DNA of 64,000 nt from Emiliania huxleyi CCMP1516 (lineage: Eukaryota), in assembly GCF_000372725.1 (NCBI RefSeq), contig NW_005202428.1, positions 62,001-126,000 on the forward strand, given 5' to 3'. Both the position numbers and the translations under genes were made by a program. Positions within the stretch are counted from its first letter, which is position 1. Every line of letters begins with the position of its first letter. Below the pieces are notes generated by a model. It saw nothing but the letters and a program-made list of their open reading frames with translations. It searched no databases and was not told the origin of the DNA. This document shows positions 11,300 through 22,834 of this stretch, piece by piece.

Positions 11300-13701
11300 G
11301 ATGCCTCCACCGACCCTCAGTCGGCCAAGGACCGCCAAGGAGCTCAGAGCCGAAGCGGACGCGAGCGCAAAAACGGCGGGCAAAGCGAGGCAGGCACTCC
11401 GGCTCTACGAGGAGGTGAGCACGGACCTCGGCCGCCGCGCCGCACGATCCTGCTTCGTCCATCCCTGCTGCTGGCACCGTCCTTTTCAATCGCTCTCATA
11501 ATGCTTCACACCCATAGGCGAGCGCTCTCTGCCCGGCCGAGCCGCGCTACGCGTTGCAAACGGCGAAGGCGCAGGAGGAGGCGGCGGCGGCGCTTGCGAG
11601 AGCGGCGGCAGCGGAGAAGGCGGCGGCGGAGGCGGAGTTGGTGGCTGCGTTCAAGGCCAAGGCGGCGGAAAGAAAGGCGGCGGAAGAGAAGGCGGCGGCA
11701 GACGCTGCGGCGGCGGCGGTGGCTGCGGCGGCGGTGGCTGCGGCGGCGGCGGTGGCTGCGGCGGCGGCGGAGGAGGAGAGAGCTGCAGCAGTGGCGGCGA
11801 AGGCGGCGGGGGAGGCGGCGGCTGCAGAGGCGGCGAGGGTGGCGGAGGAGGCAGCAGCGGCGGCGGCACACGAGCAGGCGGCCTCCGGAGGCGCGGCCGG
11901 GCAACAAACGACCGAGCTGCCGGCCAGGCACGAGGCGGCTGCTGGAGAGTTCATCAAGGTGTGTATCGAGGCGGCGAGCCAGGACGCGAGTGCCGCATCA
12001 CGCGTCGAGCTTCAGGCGCGGCGGGCGGAGTCGGAGCTGCGAGCGCTGCTGGTGGAGGGTCCGGGCGACGCTGACGTGATCAAGTTGCTTGCGCAGTCGA
12101 CGGCCGCGTTGGAGGCATTGACAGCCGGGAGCGAGCCTGGCGCAGCCGAAGCTCGAGCGTCGGATGCTGCGGCCGGCGCTGTCCGGGGGACTGCCGAGGC
12201 AGAATCGGCTGAGGAGGAGGGGGAGGAGGAGGAGGGGGAGGAGGGGGCGGAGGAGGCGAGGGTGGCGGAGGAGGCGGAGGCGAGGGCGGCGGGGGCGGCG
12301 GGGGAGGAGGAGGCGGAGGAGGCGAGGGCGGCGGGGGCGGCGGAGGAGGAGGAGGCGGCGGCGGCGGCGGCGAGGGCGGCGGAGGCGGCGGAGGAGGAGG
12401 CGGAGGAGGTAGCGGAGGTGGCGGCGGCGGAGACTGCGGAGGCGGCAGAGGCGGAGGAGGCGGTGACGGAGACGCTGGCGCCAGCGACGGCGACGGCGCT
12501 GCCGGCGATGGTGGCGGAGGCGGCGGCTAGTGTGGCGGAGGAAAGGGCGACGGAGGCGGCGGCAGCGCCAGAGGCGGCGGCGGAGGAGGCGGCGGAGGAG
12601 GCGGCGGAGGCGGAGGCGGCGGCGGAGGAGGAGGTGGCGGATAAGGCGGCAGAGGCGGGGGCGGAGGAGGCGGCGGAGGAGGCGGAGGAGGCGGAGGCGG
12701 CGGATAAGGCGGCAGAGGCGGGGGCGGAGGCAGCGGCAGAGGCGGGGACGGCGGAGGAGGCGAGGGCGGCGGAGGCGGCGGATAAGGCGGCAGAGGCGGG
12801 GGCGGAGGCAGCGGCAGAGGCGGGGACGGCGGCGGCATGGCAGGTCGCCGCGACGCCGGAAGGCGTGACGTACTACTTCAACTCCTCCACGGGCGCGAGA
12901 TTGAGCGAGATCTGGCCGAGATTCGACCTTGGTTGCGCGAGATTGCCCGAGATTCTCCGAGAGGCGCGGTTCGGTGACCCCCCCCCCCCTCTCCAGCTAG
13001 ATCAAAGCCAACCACTTAACTGATCCACCAAGGGCTATATCTCGGCTACACCTCGGCCACACCTCGGCTACACCTCGGCTGTGTCTCGGCTGTATCTCGG
13101 CTAGATCTCGGCCAGATCACGCCTGGCTGCTCTTCAAGGCGTCTACTCGTTGGATCCGCCCACGCCCGTGGAGTGGGCGAGATATAGCCGAGATTCAGCC
13201 GAGTCGGAGCCGAGATGGAGCCCGGTCGAGCGTGCGAGATCACCCTAGATCGCCCGAGATCGCCCGAGATCGCCCGAGATTCCCCCGAGGTCGCCCCGAG
13301 AGCGCGCGACCGCCACAGCCTCCAGTCCACAGCTCCCTCCTTGTCGCCCCCCTCCCCCCTCCCCCCCTCCCCCCTCCACCCTCCCCCCCTCCACCCTCCC
13401 CCCCTCCCCCCTCCCCTCGCCAGGCGCGTGTCTGCCGCCTGCTCTCGCACAACGACGCCGCAGGGCAGCGGCAGCGGCCGCCGGCGGGCCTCTCGGCGCT
13501 GCCGGTAGCGCCGGGCCCCTTCGCTTGGCTCGTGCGCGCGCTCAAGCTCGACTGTTGCGGCCTGGGTGCGGCAGCCGCCGACGGCGCGGGCAGCGGCACG
13601 CTGCGCGACGCGCCGCACCGTCCCCTGCAGCGCGTCGCATCTTCAAAGGACCCGGCGCGCCCGCGGCCTCAGCACAATCAGGGCTTGGGCCGCCCGCCAT
13701 G
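11300..13701 (+). CDS. Ala/Glu-rich low-complexity protein with WW domain
   Basis: Exon ELRAEADA...ALRLYEE splices via 11415-11517 into a long EA-rich exon ending AWQVAATPEGVTYYFNSSTG, which matches the WW consensus W..x.G..YYFN..TG. Boundaries are approximate. Confidence 0.6.
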
Positions 13702-14035
13702 AGGCGTCGTCCACGCTGTCCCCTCGGGTCTTTGCAGCTCTCCGCTGGTCTGGTCGTACCGATCGGCTCCTGCGCTGATGCGTACTCCGTGTGTGTGTGT
13801 GCGGAAAGTCTGACGGTCGCAGCCCCTTCCCACTTGCGCCTCCGCCCTTCTCACTAGTACTGGCTATGTATGTATGTAAGGAAGGTGAAGAATACAGTCA
13901 GGCTGGGACTGGACACTCCAGCGCGGTATGGGTGGACGCGGGACAGATGATGACGACACGCTCGAGCGACACACATGACACAGACACAAACAAGCTCACA
14001 ACAAGACAAAGTACTGGCACTGTGAGTGAGTACCA

Positions 14036-14223
14036 TTCTTGATGCGAAACCACGAGACGACACACACCAGTCGACTCGCATCGGTTGCCTCTCTGAACGG
14101 CGGAGCTATTCTCGCGTCCACACCACACCTGGCTCTTACGTGGACACGCCCATAGCTCTTAGCTGGAGGGACACTACTAGGTCACGCATGGCATCAGAAG
14201 TTTTATCTCTGGGCGCCGAAAAG
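14036..14223 (+). repeat. Dispersed repeat C (~185 bp), second copy at 27622-27800
   Basis: Near-identical CGAAACCACGA...CCAGTCGACTCGCATCGGTTGCCTC...ACACTACTAGGTCACGCATGGCATCA...TTTTATCTCTGGG in both copies. Confidence 0.9.
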
Positions 14224-14397
14224 AGGACAACCCCCCAAGAGTTGTTCGCTTCGCGTTACCCCTTCGACGCCAGGTTAGCCAGCCCTCGAGCGCCACGCAG
14301 CGTTCGCGCCAGTCGCCAGTCGCTACGCTGCACGCTTCCAGCCGGCCATCGCTGCTGGCGCGCGGTCGTTTGCGTGCTACCCTTCCCCCACGCTGCG

Positions 14398-15300
14398 CTA
14401 CACTGCTCCCGCCTCATACACATCTTCCGCCCTCAGCACTCGCCCCTCTCCCGCGACCGGGAAGTTGCGCAGGTGTGGCATCACTTTTGGCAGGTCGCAC
14501 GGCGCGACCCCCATCCACTCCGCGATCGGCTGCCACATGCTCTCCCACGGCTCGGTCGGGATGATCGTGCCGCGGTCGTTGCGCGTGCGCTCGCCTTCGG
14601 GGCCGAGCCTCGACGGGTACTGCCCTAGGATCCGGCCGCCGTTGACCGCACCGCCGTATATCAGATGGTTCCCGCCCCACGCGTGCGTTGTCCCCCGCCC
14701 GTTACCGATGATCGTCCTTCCGAACTCGGAGAGGGTGATGACGGTCACCTTGTCCCACAGCCCCTGCGCCACCATCTCCTTCCGGAAGTCGTCGACCGAG
14801 TTGTCGATCATCGACATTATGCCGTCGCCCGGAGAGTCCATCGACGCGTGCGCGTCGACACCCCTCGTCCCCATCCAGAAGGCCGCGCGCTGCACGCCCG
14901 TCGCGCTGCGCGCCTTGATGACGCGCGCGACGGTGCGCAGCGCCATTGCAAATGTACAGCCGCAGCCCCCGCCAACATCGCAGCAGTCGTTGAAGGTCGT
15001 CGTCGTTGTTGCCGCGTCAATCGCATCGCCGAGTGTCTCCGCGTCCTGGATCGCCCGCCCCAGCACGCGCGAGTGCGTCTCGGCGAAGATCGAGCGCGAG
15101 GGCGCGGCCGTCAGGTTCTCGATGTGGCGCCAGAGCCGCTCGTACTCCGAAAGCCGGCGGATGTCGCCTCGCCTCGAGTCGATGGCGAGCGCGAGGCTGG
15201 GCCCTCCGGCAGCGCCGAGAAATCGGTCTCGTCGCCGAGGACACCGACCCACATGCTGCCTTGCAGGTAGGCCTCGGGATCGCTCCCCGTTTTGGCGACG
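14398..15300 (-). CDS. DUF1501-family C-terminal domain (probably a 5'-truncated fragment)
   Basis: GVDAH, LWDKVTVITLSEFGRT, GTTHAWGGNHLIYGGAVNGGRILGQYP, RGTIIPTEPWESMW and VMPHLRNF match the DUF1501 pattern as recalled. Confidence 0.75.
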   Translation of the reverse strand, partial: RRQNGERSRGLPARQHVGRCPRRRDRFLGAAGGPSLALAIDSRRGDIRRLSEYERLWRHIENLTAAPSRSIFAETHSRVLGRAIQDAETLGDAIDAATTTTTFNDCCDVGGGCGCTFAMALRTVARVIKARSATGVQRAAFWMGTRGVDAHASMDSPGDGIMSMIDNSVDDFRKEMVAQGLWDKVTVITLSEFGRTIIGNGRGTTHAWGGNHLIYGGAVNGGRILGQYPSRLGPEGERTRNDRGTIIPTEPWESMWQPIAEWMGVAPCDLPKVMPHLRNFPVAGEGRVLRAEDVYEAGAV

Positions 15301-15471
15301 AACCGTCGATCCCCTGCCTCGAGATAGACGAGGACGAGCGAGCGGTCCCGCCCGAAAAGGTAGACTCTCGTCGTCCGTATTGCAATGTCTAGCCTTGCTC
15401 TGCGGGGCAGCAGCGAGCAGGAGTCGGTCGGCCCGGCGCATGATTCTGCGTTTACTTGCACACTTTACGCG

Positions 15472-17182
15472 ATGAGTGCGGCTCCCGAGTACTCGTATCG
15501 CGATGATCACCGGCGGATTTTGCAGAGGTATGCACACATGCAGTCGGCGAGGGCGAACTTGCTTCTCCTCGCTGCCTGCTGGGCCTGCGCCTTGAGCTCG
15601 AGTGCCACGTTTCGTCCTTCTACTCCGGCCTCTTTGCTGCGGATCCCTCAGCTGCTGCATCATCTGCCGCCGTAGGCACCCTGCTCACCGCCGTGGGGCC
15701 GCTCGCCGCCACAGCAACTGGCTCGTCGATCGGCGCTGCCCCTCTGACTATCAGCACCTTTCTCGCAGGAGCAGCGCTCATATCGATCCCGTCGGCCGCG
15801 TTGTTCCGCCATTGCGGCCGCCTCAATGGATTTTTGATCGGCTGCGGGTTATGCGTTTGTTCTGGTGTTGCTGGTGCAATTGGGTTGATCTGCAATATTC
15901 CCTCGCTGATATTTATCTCCTCCTTCCTGGCTGGACTAGCCCAGGGCCTGTCTCACTTCTATAGATTCGCGGCATTGGAGGTTTGCTCGCCATCGCAGCG
16001 ACCATATGCGGTGACACTTGTCCTTTCCGGCGGCGTCATTGCAGCGGTCGCAGGGCCAAACCTGGCCCTCGCAACGAAAGAGCTTGGCCGAGTGTTTGGG
16101 GATTCGCGGCGCTACGAATTCCTCGGCGCGTTTGCCGGGATCAGCACCATCGGGGTCCTCAACGCGCTCTTCTCGGTCTGCGTCACGTTCCCAGCGTCTG
16201 CCGGCAAAACATCTGCGCCAGTCTCACAGAGCCTGCCTCGGCTGATGTGCGCGGATCCGCGATGCATCGCTGCTGTCGCCATCGCAGCACTCGCCCACAC
16301 CAGCATGGTCTCTCTCATGAGCCCTCTCGTGGTGGTCATGCACGACGGCTGCGAGGCCGACGCGTATCCCATCGGCAGTTGCTGGAGCGACACGTGCCAA
16401 GCGAGCCATCCTGCCGGTTGTTGGTTGTAGCTGCCAACAGCTGTCTCTGGCGTGAGAGTAGGTACTCGAGCCTCACGTTGCAACTCCACTTTCTGGCCAT
16501 GTTCGGCCCAGGGTTTGTCACGGGCCGCGTCATCTCGACGCTTGGCCCACAGCGGACCTCTTGTTGCGGCGCCTTCCTTCTGCTTATCGCAGCGGGCACG
16601 CTTGCGGCCGGAGGGGCGCTCGAAAATTTCATCGCTGGCATGACGCTGTGCGGGCTGGGTTGGAATCTGTGCTTCACTGCGGGCACATTGCTTCTCGCCT
16701 CGTGAGCTGCCCTCGACGGGTGTGCTGCTCACCACGAGCAGGGTTGAGCGGGGAGAGCACGTGTGTAGGTGCTACGAGGAGCGAGATGCTGCGCGAGTGC
16801 AGGCTCAGCCTAGCCAATGTGCCAACCCTACTTTGAAAGAAGGAGCGACCTCGGTCTCATTAGGGAGCCAACGATTTCATCATCTTCTTCTTTGCCGGCA
16901 TCGGCAGCACTGGGAGCGGCTACATCAATGGGATATACGGCTGGCGCTGCGTCGCTGTCGCCGTGGCGCATGAGCCTGCCCGAGCCCGGCCGCAGCACGG
17001 CCACTCATCTGAGCTCCCCCCCCTCGTAGGGCATCATCGTCCTGGCCTTGATTCTGGCCCTGGCTCTACTCATGTGCTTGCAGCCAGCAGGTCGGGCGGC
17101 TGGCGAGGTTAATCAGGTGGCGCCCGAACCGGCCCCCGTCACGCGCGCATTTAGCGGGAGCGGGAAGTTCGAGAGACAGTAG
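15472..17182 (+). CDS. MFS transporter (similar to bacterial RfnT-like MFS family), multi-exon
   Basis: TM exons contain HFYRFAALE, LVLSGGVIAAVAGPNLA, LQLHFLAMFGPGFVTGRVI, LCGLGWNLCFTAGT and ARVQ|GANDF. The last exon ends GKFERQ* at 17180-17182. Confidence 0.8.
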
Positions 17183-17628
17183 GGCGGTGACTGGGGGGGC
17201 TCGGGCCGGCTCACTTGTCTGATAGGCTTATGAAAAACTCAGACCGACTGTGACAGACGCGAGCCCACGAGCGACACACGAGTGGTGGGGCAAGGGGTGG
17301 CCGGGGGGCGGGGGCGCGGGGGCGGGGCGGGGGGTGCGCGGAGGGGCGAGGGAGGGTCGGGGGACAGACACGAACGGAGACCTGACGAGAAAGAAAGATA
17401 TATTCTGTGCGCCTGTCACTGTGCGATTCGGGGCCCGGGTTGTGCGTTTATGTGAAAGCGCACACCATCAATCAACAGGCTCACGCAGGGAGGCGCACGT
17501 GCGATTCAACCACGAATCCGCCTGGAAGACGTCAGCCCAACCGTGCCGTCAGAAGCTGTTCATTAGACCCCCTCCCCCCCCCCCATCCCGCGCGCGAACC
17601 TCTTCCCGCCGCCTCCTCTGCGGCCTCT

Positions 17629-20600
17629 TCATGCGGCGCGCGGGAGCGCCCCCTCCTCCTCGAAACGGCGCAGGTAGGTGCGGAGCAGCGCCGGCGTCAC
17701 CGTCGGGCAGGGGTGGCCACGCTCCGCCAGGTGGGCCATGTGTGCCTTGGAGCCCGTCGAGCCGAACGAGGGCGGAGCTGCCTTGAGAGCGCCGAGCAGC
17801 CCGCGCAGAGGGTTGGGGTGCGGCGCCGTCTCGGGCTCCGCCTCCAGCGCTGCCTGCAGCACGGACAGCCCCGGGCCCTCTCGGGCAATCTCGGGTCCTC
17901 TCGGGCAATCTCGGGCCGGTTCTCGGGCCGATCTCGGGCGATCTCGGGCCACTTCCTCCAGCGCGGCCTGCCGCTCGGCCAGCCTATATCTCCCCATATC
18001 TCCCCATATCTGCCTGCAGCTTGGCCAGCCACGCCTCGTAGCTCGGTGCGACGGGCACGTCGAGCTCCGTGAGAAGGTCTTCGTACGGAAGCGAGGCGCC
18101 GTTGTCGAGAGTGAAGCAGGGCGTCTCGCAGCGCTCGCGAGATGCCGCCCCGCCGGCCTCCTGAGTGGCGATGCCCCCGATGGCGCCCGCCACCCAGTCC
18201 ACCGGAGACATGTCCACCCGAACGCGCATGTCTGGCAGCGGCGGAGCGAGGCCGAGCAGTCGGAAGCCAACCAGGTACCGGTTGAGTGAGTCTCCAATGT
18301 TGCAGTCTCCCGTCACAGAGTGGCCGCTGATGGCGCCCGGTCGGAAGATTGAGTAGCGCGCCGGCGCGCCGGCGGAGCGGGCGGCGGCGTTGGCGTTCTC
18401 AATCAGCCGCTCGGCGACCCACTTGCCTTGCACGTACCCGTTGGCACCGTCCACCGCCGCCATCTCGATCCGTGGCGGCGCCTGCGCGTCGTGGCAGGCT
18501 CGCCGTCCGCAGACGCCGGCGGTGGAGACAAATGCGACGTGCACCGGCTTACGGTTGGCAGCCTCCAGGCCGTGCGCGAGCCGGATCGCACGAACAAGAG
18601 AGCCGACGTTCGCCTCCTTCAGGCCGGCGTACGCGGTGGCGTGGTTGACGGCGGCGGCGTTGTGGATCACCAGACGCACCGAGGCGAGGCTCGCCGCTAC
18701 CACCCCATCAGAGAGCCCGAACCCTGGCAGCGTCACGTCGCCGGCCAGGCAGCGCAGCTTCGGCGAGCGAGCGGCGTCGCTCCACACTCCCCGCGCGCGC
18801 AAGGCGGCAGAGACGCGCTCAGCGGCCGCGGCGTCGGAGGCGGCGCGGGCAACGCAGACGACCGCCGGGCCTTTGTCGGCGGCGAGGAGGGAGGCGAGCA
18901 GGTGTGTGCCGAGGAAGCCCGTGGCACCGGTGAGAAGGAGGGCGTCGGCCTCGCCAAGCGGCACCGCGGGCCCGAAAGGCACTCCTCCCATCCCGGCGGC
19001 CAACTCGGGCGGCACCGCCGCCTCCGCCTCCCAGTCGTACGCCGCCGCCGCCACTGCCTCGGTCGTCTGCACGAGGTTGAGGATGGCCGCCATGGTGACG
19101 CCGCGCAGCAGCGCCTTTGGCGGCACGCCGCACCCGAACCGCTTGTTCAGGCTGCCGGCGAGGCGCGCGGCGGTGAACGAGTCCAGCTGCAGCGGCTTCG
19201 CGCCGAGGCCAGACACGTCGACGCCAAGCAGCGACCCGACCGCCGCCTCCACGGCACACATGTCGGCGGCGTTACCGTCGCCGGCGTCCGTTGTGGCGGG
19301 CGGCGCGAGCCGCGTCAGCACGCCGTCCACAAAGCTGAAGGCGGCGCCGGCGTCGGCGGCGGAGAGCTTGGGCATGCCGAGCATGGCGGCGAGCTTGACG
19401 CGCTGCACCTTGCCCGTCGGCCCTTTCGGCACCTTGTCTGCGTACACGATCGCCTCGGGGAGCCACTGCATTGAGAGCTCGCCGGTGTCGAGCCCGAAGC
19501 GATTCAGCTGTGCAAGGCTGACCTCTGCGCCGGGGTCGAGGACCGCGATGGCGACCACCGACTCACCAAGCTCCTCGTGTGGCGAGCCGAAGGCGAAGAG
19601 GCTCGACACTCCGGGGCAGCGAAGCAGCACATTGTCGATGGCGACGGGCGCAATCTTTTCGCCGCCACGGTTGACCTGCTCCTTCTTGCGGCCGGTGAGG
19701 AAGAGGTAGCCCTCCTCGTCGAGATAGCCGAGGTCGCCCGTGCGGAAGAAGCCGGATGGCGTGAAGGACTCAGCGTTGGCGTCGGGCCGGTTGTGGTAGC
19801 CCTAAGAAGGAAAGGAGTGACGTGATTGTGCCTCTCGAAGCGGGCGGTCGCGAAGGTCTGCGCCTTGGTGACGTTGCGGCCGCGCACGCTCACCTCGCCC
19901 ACCTCACCGTTCGGCAGCGCCGCCTCGCCCTCCTCCGGGAGGATTGCAATCTCGACGTTGGTCCCCTTGCCCACCGAGCCCGCCTTGTGCGGCCCGCGGC
20001 TCGGCAGCGGGTTGGAGGAGATCTGGTGGGCCGCCTCTGTCATCGCATACGCCTCGAGCACCGGAGCGCCAAACTCCTTCTCGAGCGACTGCAGGACCGA
20101 AGGCGGGAGCGAGGCGGAGCAGGACCGGATGAAGCGCACCTGCGGCCGGCCCGCGGCCGCATAGCTGTCCAGCCCTTTGAGCAGAAGCTGCTGCATGGTC
20201 GGCACCGCCGTGTACCAGGTGGCGCCGCACGCCGCAATGTCGCGCCAAAAGATCTCGACGCGGAACCCGGCGCAGTTGGCCGGCAGGATGACCTCGCCGC
20301 CAGAATAGAGGGTCGAGAAGAGTGCCGACATGAGGCCGTGCACCTAAAAGAGAATCGTGCGAATCACAAGGGCGACAGCTAAGAAACACCGACATCGGCC
20401 CGGGCACATGAAAGAGCGGCATCACCAGGTAGCACTTGTCGGCGGCCGTGAGGTCGTAGGTCGCCGTGATGTTTGCCTACAGGAGAAGGGCGTGCGCCTC
20501 AAAAACGAAAGTGTCAACCGGCTGTCCGCCGCCGATGAGGTTGCCGTCGTCGCGAGCATGTTTGCGTGCGAGAGCGGCACCTTGTGAGGAATCACCCGAG

Positions 20601-21775
20601 ATCACCCGAGATCGCCCGAGATCACCCGAGATCACCCGAGATCGCCCGAAATTGCCCGAGACTGCCCGAGATTGCCCGAGATCGCCCGAGACTGCCCGAG
20701 AGCGCGTGGTGCGAGAGGGGCGCACCCCCTTCGGCTTGCCCGTCGTGCCGCTGGTGTGAAGAAACAGGGCCGTGTCTTCCGGCTGCGCCTCGGGGATCGT
20801 CACGCCGCCGTCGGCCACGGCGCATCGCGCGCGCGCAGCGACGCTCGTGCCGCTGGCCGACGTGGCGACGCCTATCCACGGCTCGAGGCGTGAGAAGAGA
20901 CTCGACACAGCTCGCATCGGCGGCCACATCTCGGCTGCATCTCGGCTGCACCTCGGCTGCACCTCGGCTGCACCTCGGCTGCACCTCGGCTGCACCTCGG
21001 CTGCCTCTCGGCTGCAACCCGGCTGCACCTCGGCTGCACCTCGGCTGCCTCTCGGCTGCACCTCGGCTGCCTCTCGGCTGCACCTCGGCAGCACCTCGGC
21101 CGCCTCTCGGCTGCCTCTCGGCTGCATCTCGGTTGTATCTCGGCTAGCCCTCTCCGAGCGTGGCGACGCCAACCTTGGCCGCAACCTCCTCGGCGAGAGC
21201 GTGGCCTTCGGTCGGCACGACCAGGAACTTGGACGAGATGTTGAGCATGTCGTACCTGCGTGGACACGTCAGGGAAATGTCCGCGACTGTTCCGGGAGGC
21301 GGCGCGGGCGGATTGGGGCGGTGTCGCACTCGAACTCGGCGGCAGCGTACGACGCGTTGAGCGGCGCGGCGGTGGCGCCGAGCCACGTGACGGCGAGGAA
21401 GGAGATCACCGACTCTATCTGAGGCGGGTGGAAGGCCGGGCCGAGGTGGTGTGGCGAGGCGACGGCGGCGGCGGTGGTGACAGTCTCTGGAGGAGCAGCG
21501 AGGCACAGCAATGGCCGCCGCGCTGTCCGCTTGCGTTGCCGCGGCAGCAGAGTGGCCGCCAGAGCTGTGACACGCACGCGGCGAGGGAGGCGGACCTGGT
21601 TCCGGAAGCAGAGCGAGACCACGTCACCTCGCAAGACTCCGGCTCGGGCTAGCGCGACGGACACGGCTTTGACGTCGGCGCGCAGCGCGCCGCGCGTAAA
21701 GACCGGGCCCTCCGGCGTCACGCGGATGGCGGGCGCGGCGTCGTCGCCGGCCAGCAGGCGTTCCAAAGTCGCCAT
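17629..21775 (-). CDS. NRPS-like A-T-R carboxylic acid reductase (oxalate-CoA-ligase-like adenylation domain + carrier protein + thioester reductase)
   Basis: A domain: ALFLHTSGTTGKPKGVPL, MPLFHVHGL, TWYTAVPTM, RFIRSCSASL, EAYAMTEAAHQ, FFRTGDLG, NRGGEKI, PKGPTGKVQR. T domain: LQLDSFTAARL. R domain: LLTGATGFLGTHLL, IHNAAAVNH, GYVQGKWVAE, RPGAISG. The end of A, T and most of R lie in one continuous reading frame (17984-19630). Confidence 0.88.
20929..21145. repeat. Intronic 10-11 bp tandem repeats (CTCGGCTGCAC family); relatives at 13039-13112, 20591-20700, 43128-43198, 57990-58075 and 58273-58415
   Basis: Directly visible degenerate arrays, located in or next to inferred introns. Confidence 0.9.
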
Positions 21776-22834
21776 GTGTACCCCGCGTCTGTGTCTGAGG
21801 TTCGCGGTCGAGGCGCAAGGTGCCTCTTTATATTACCCAAAAGCTAGGCTACACAACGCCCTCTATGTTGGGTCAAGGCGGGCGCCTAGAAGAAAGCGCC
21901 GCCCCCCGAGGGGGAATCCCACCCGTACCCCGAGCCCCCGTCGAAGAGCGCGTCGAAAGCGTCGTCGCCTTCGTCGTACTCCTCCGCGTCAAAGCACCGG
22001 ACCGGCTCCCCCCGGCCGTGCTCCCTTGCCCAGCGCATCTGCCGAACATGCGCACGCTGCTCCTCGCGCGCCCTCTCCTCCGCGGCGCGCGGCGTCCACC
22101 CGGTGGACGCCAACAGCGACTCGAGCGTCGCGCGATAAATCGCCTCGCCTTCCTCGCGTGATACCACCTCGCCCGCCTCCTTATCTCTTTTCCGCGCCCG
22201 CCCCCGCAAGGCGCGCGATACACGCAACACGACTAACTGACGGATCCGCTCCTGACAGTCGCACGCGCCGCAGTCTTTGTTTGAAGTTAAAAGTCGAATC
22301 AGAGCGCCGTCGGCGCTGTCCCTCGTTTTCCTCCCACGGACCGCCCGTCCGGGACCGCTCCGGGACGCACGCCGGCGAAGCACCATCAAGCTGCTGTACG
22401 GCCCCGGCATCGCCTTCCCAGGCTTAGCTAGACTGAGAGATATTGTGGACATGAAAGATTGGTTTCTACAATATTACACTGACACTTTACCTCCCAGAGC
22501 TCGTCCCGGTCCGTCACGGCCATCCTCGGCCTCCGGAGGGCCCCCGGCCGCGGCGCGGTGCGGCGGCGTCACAAATCCGACCACAGAGCACCGAGCCGCG
22601 CGCCCCAAACGACCCAGGCGGCGAGTAGTCGTCCTCGAACCTTCGTCATGTAGTCGCCCATAGTTAGCGCCCGTCCGTCCCCACCTCCGTCGCCGCGCAA
22701 ATGAAAAAGAAAAAGAAAAAGAAACGAAAAGAAAAACGAAAGCAAATCCATTGCGTAAACGGCGTCACAAAGCCCGCCGGTTTTGATCGACAATCGTGAG
22801 ATTGACCGCCGTCGACCAGAGATATCTCTCCACC

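Noticed and set aside
11506..12868. Poly-Arg and poly-Pro ORFs in alternative frames, and many antisense ORFs throughout the window
   Set aside because: These are shadow frames of GC-rich, low-complexity coding sequence.
22796..22834. Upstream GTG start for the Alma ORF
   Set aside because: This is a eukaryotic gene, and ATG 22835 has a good CACCATGG context and gives the MGC N-terminus.
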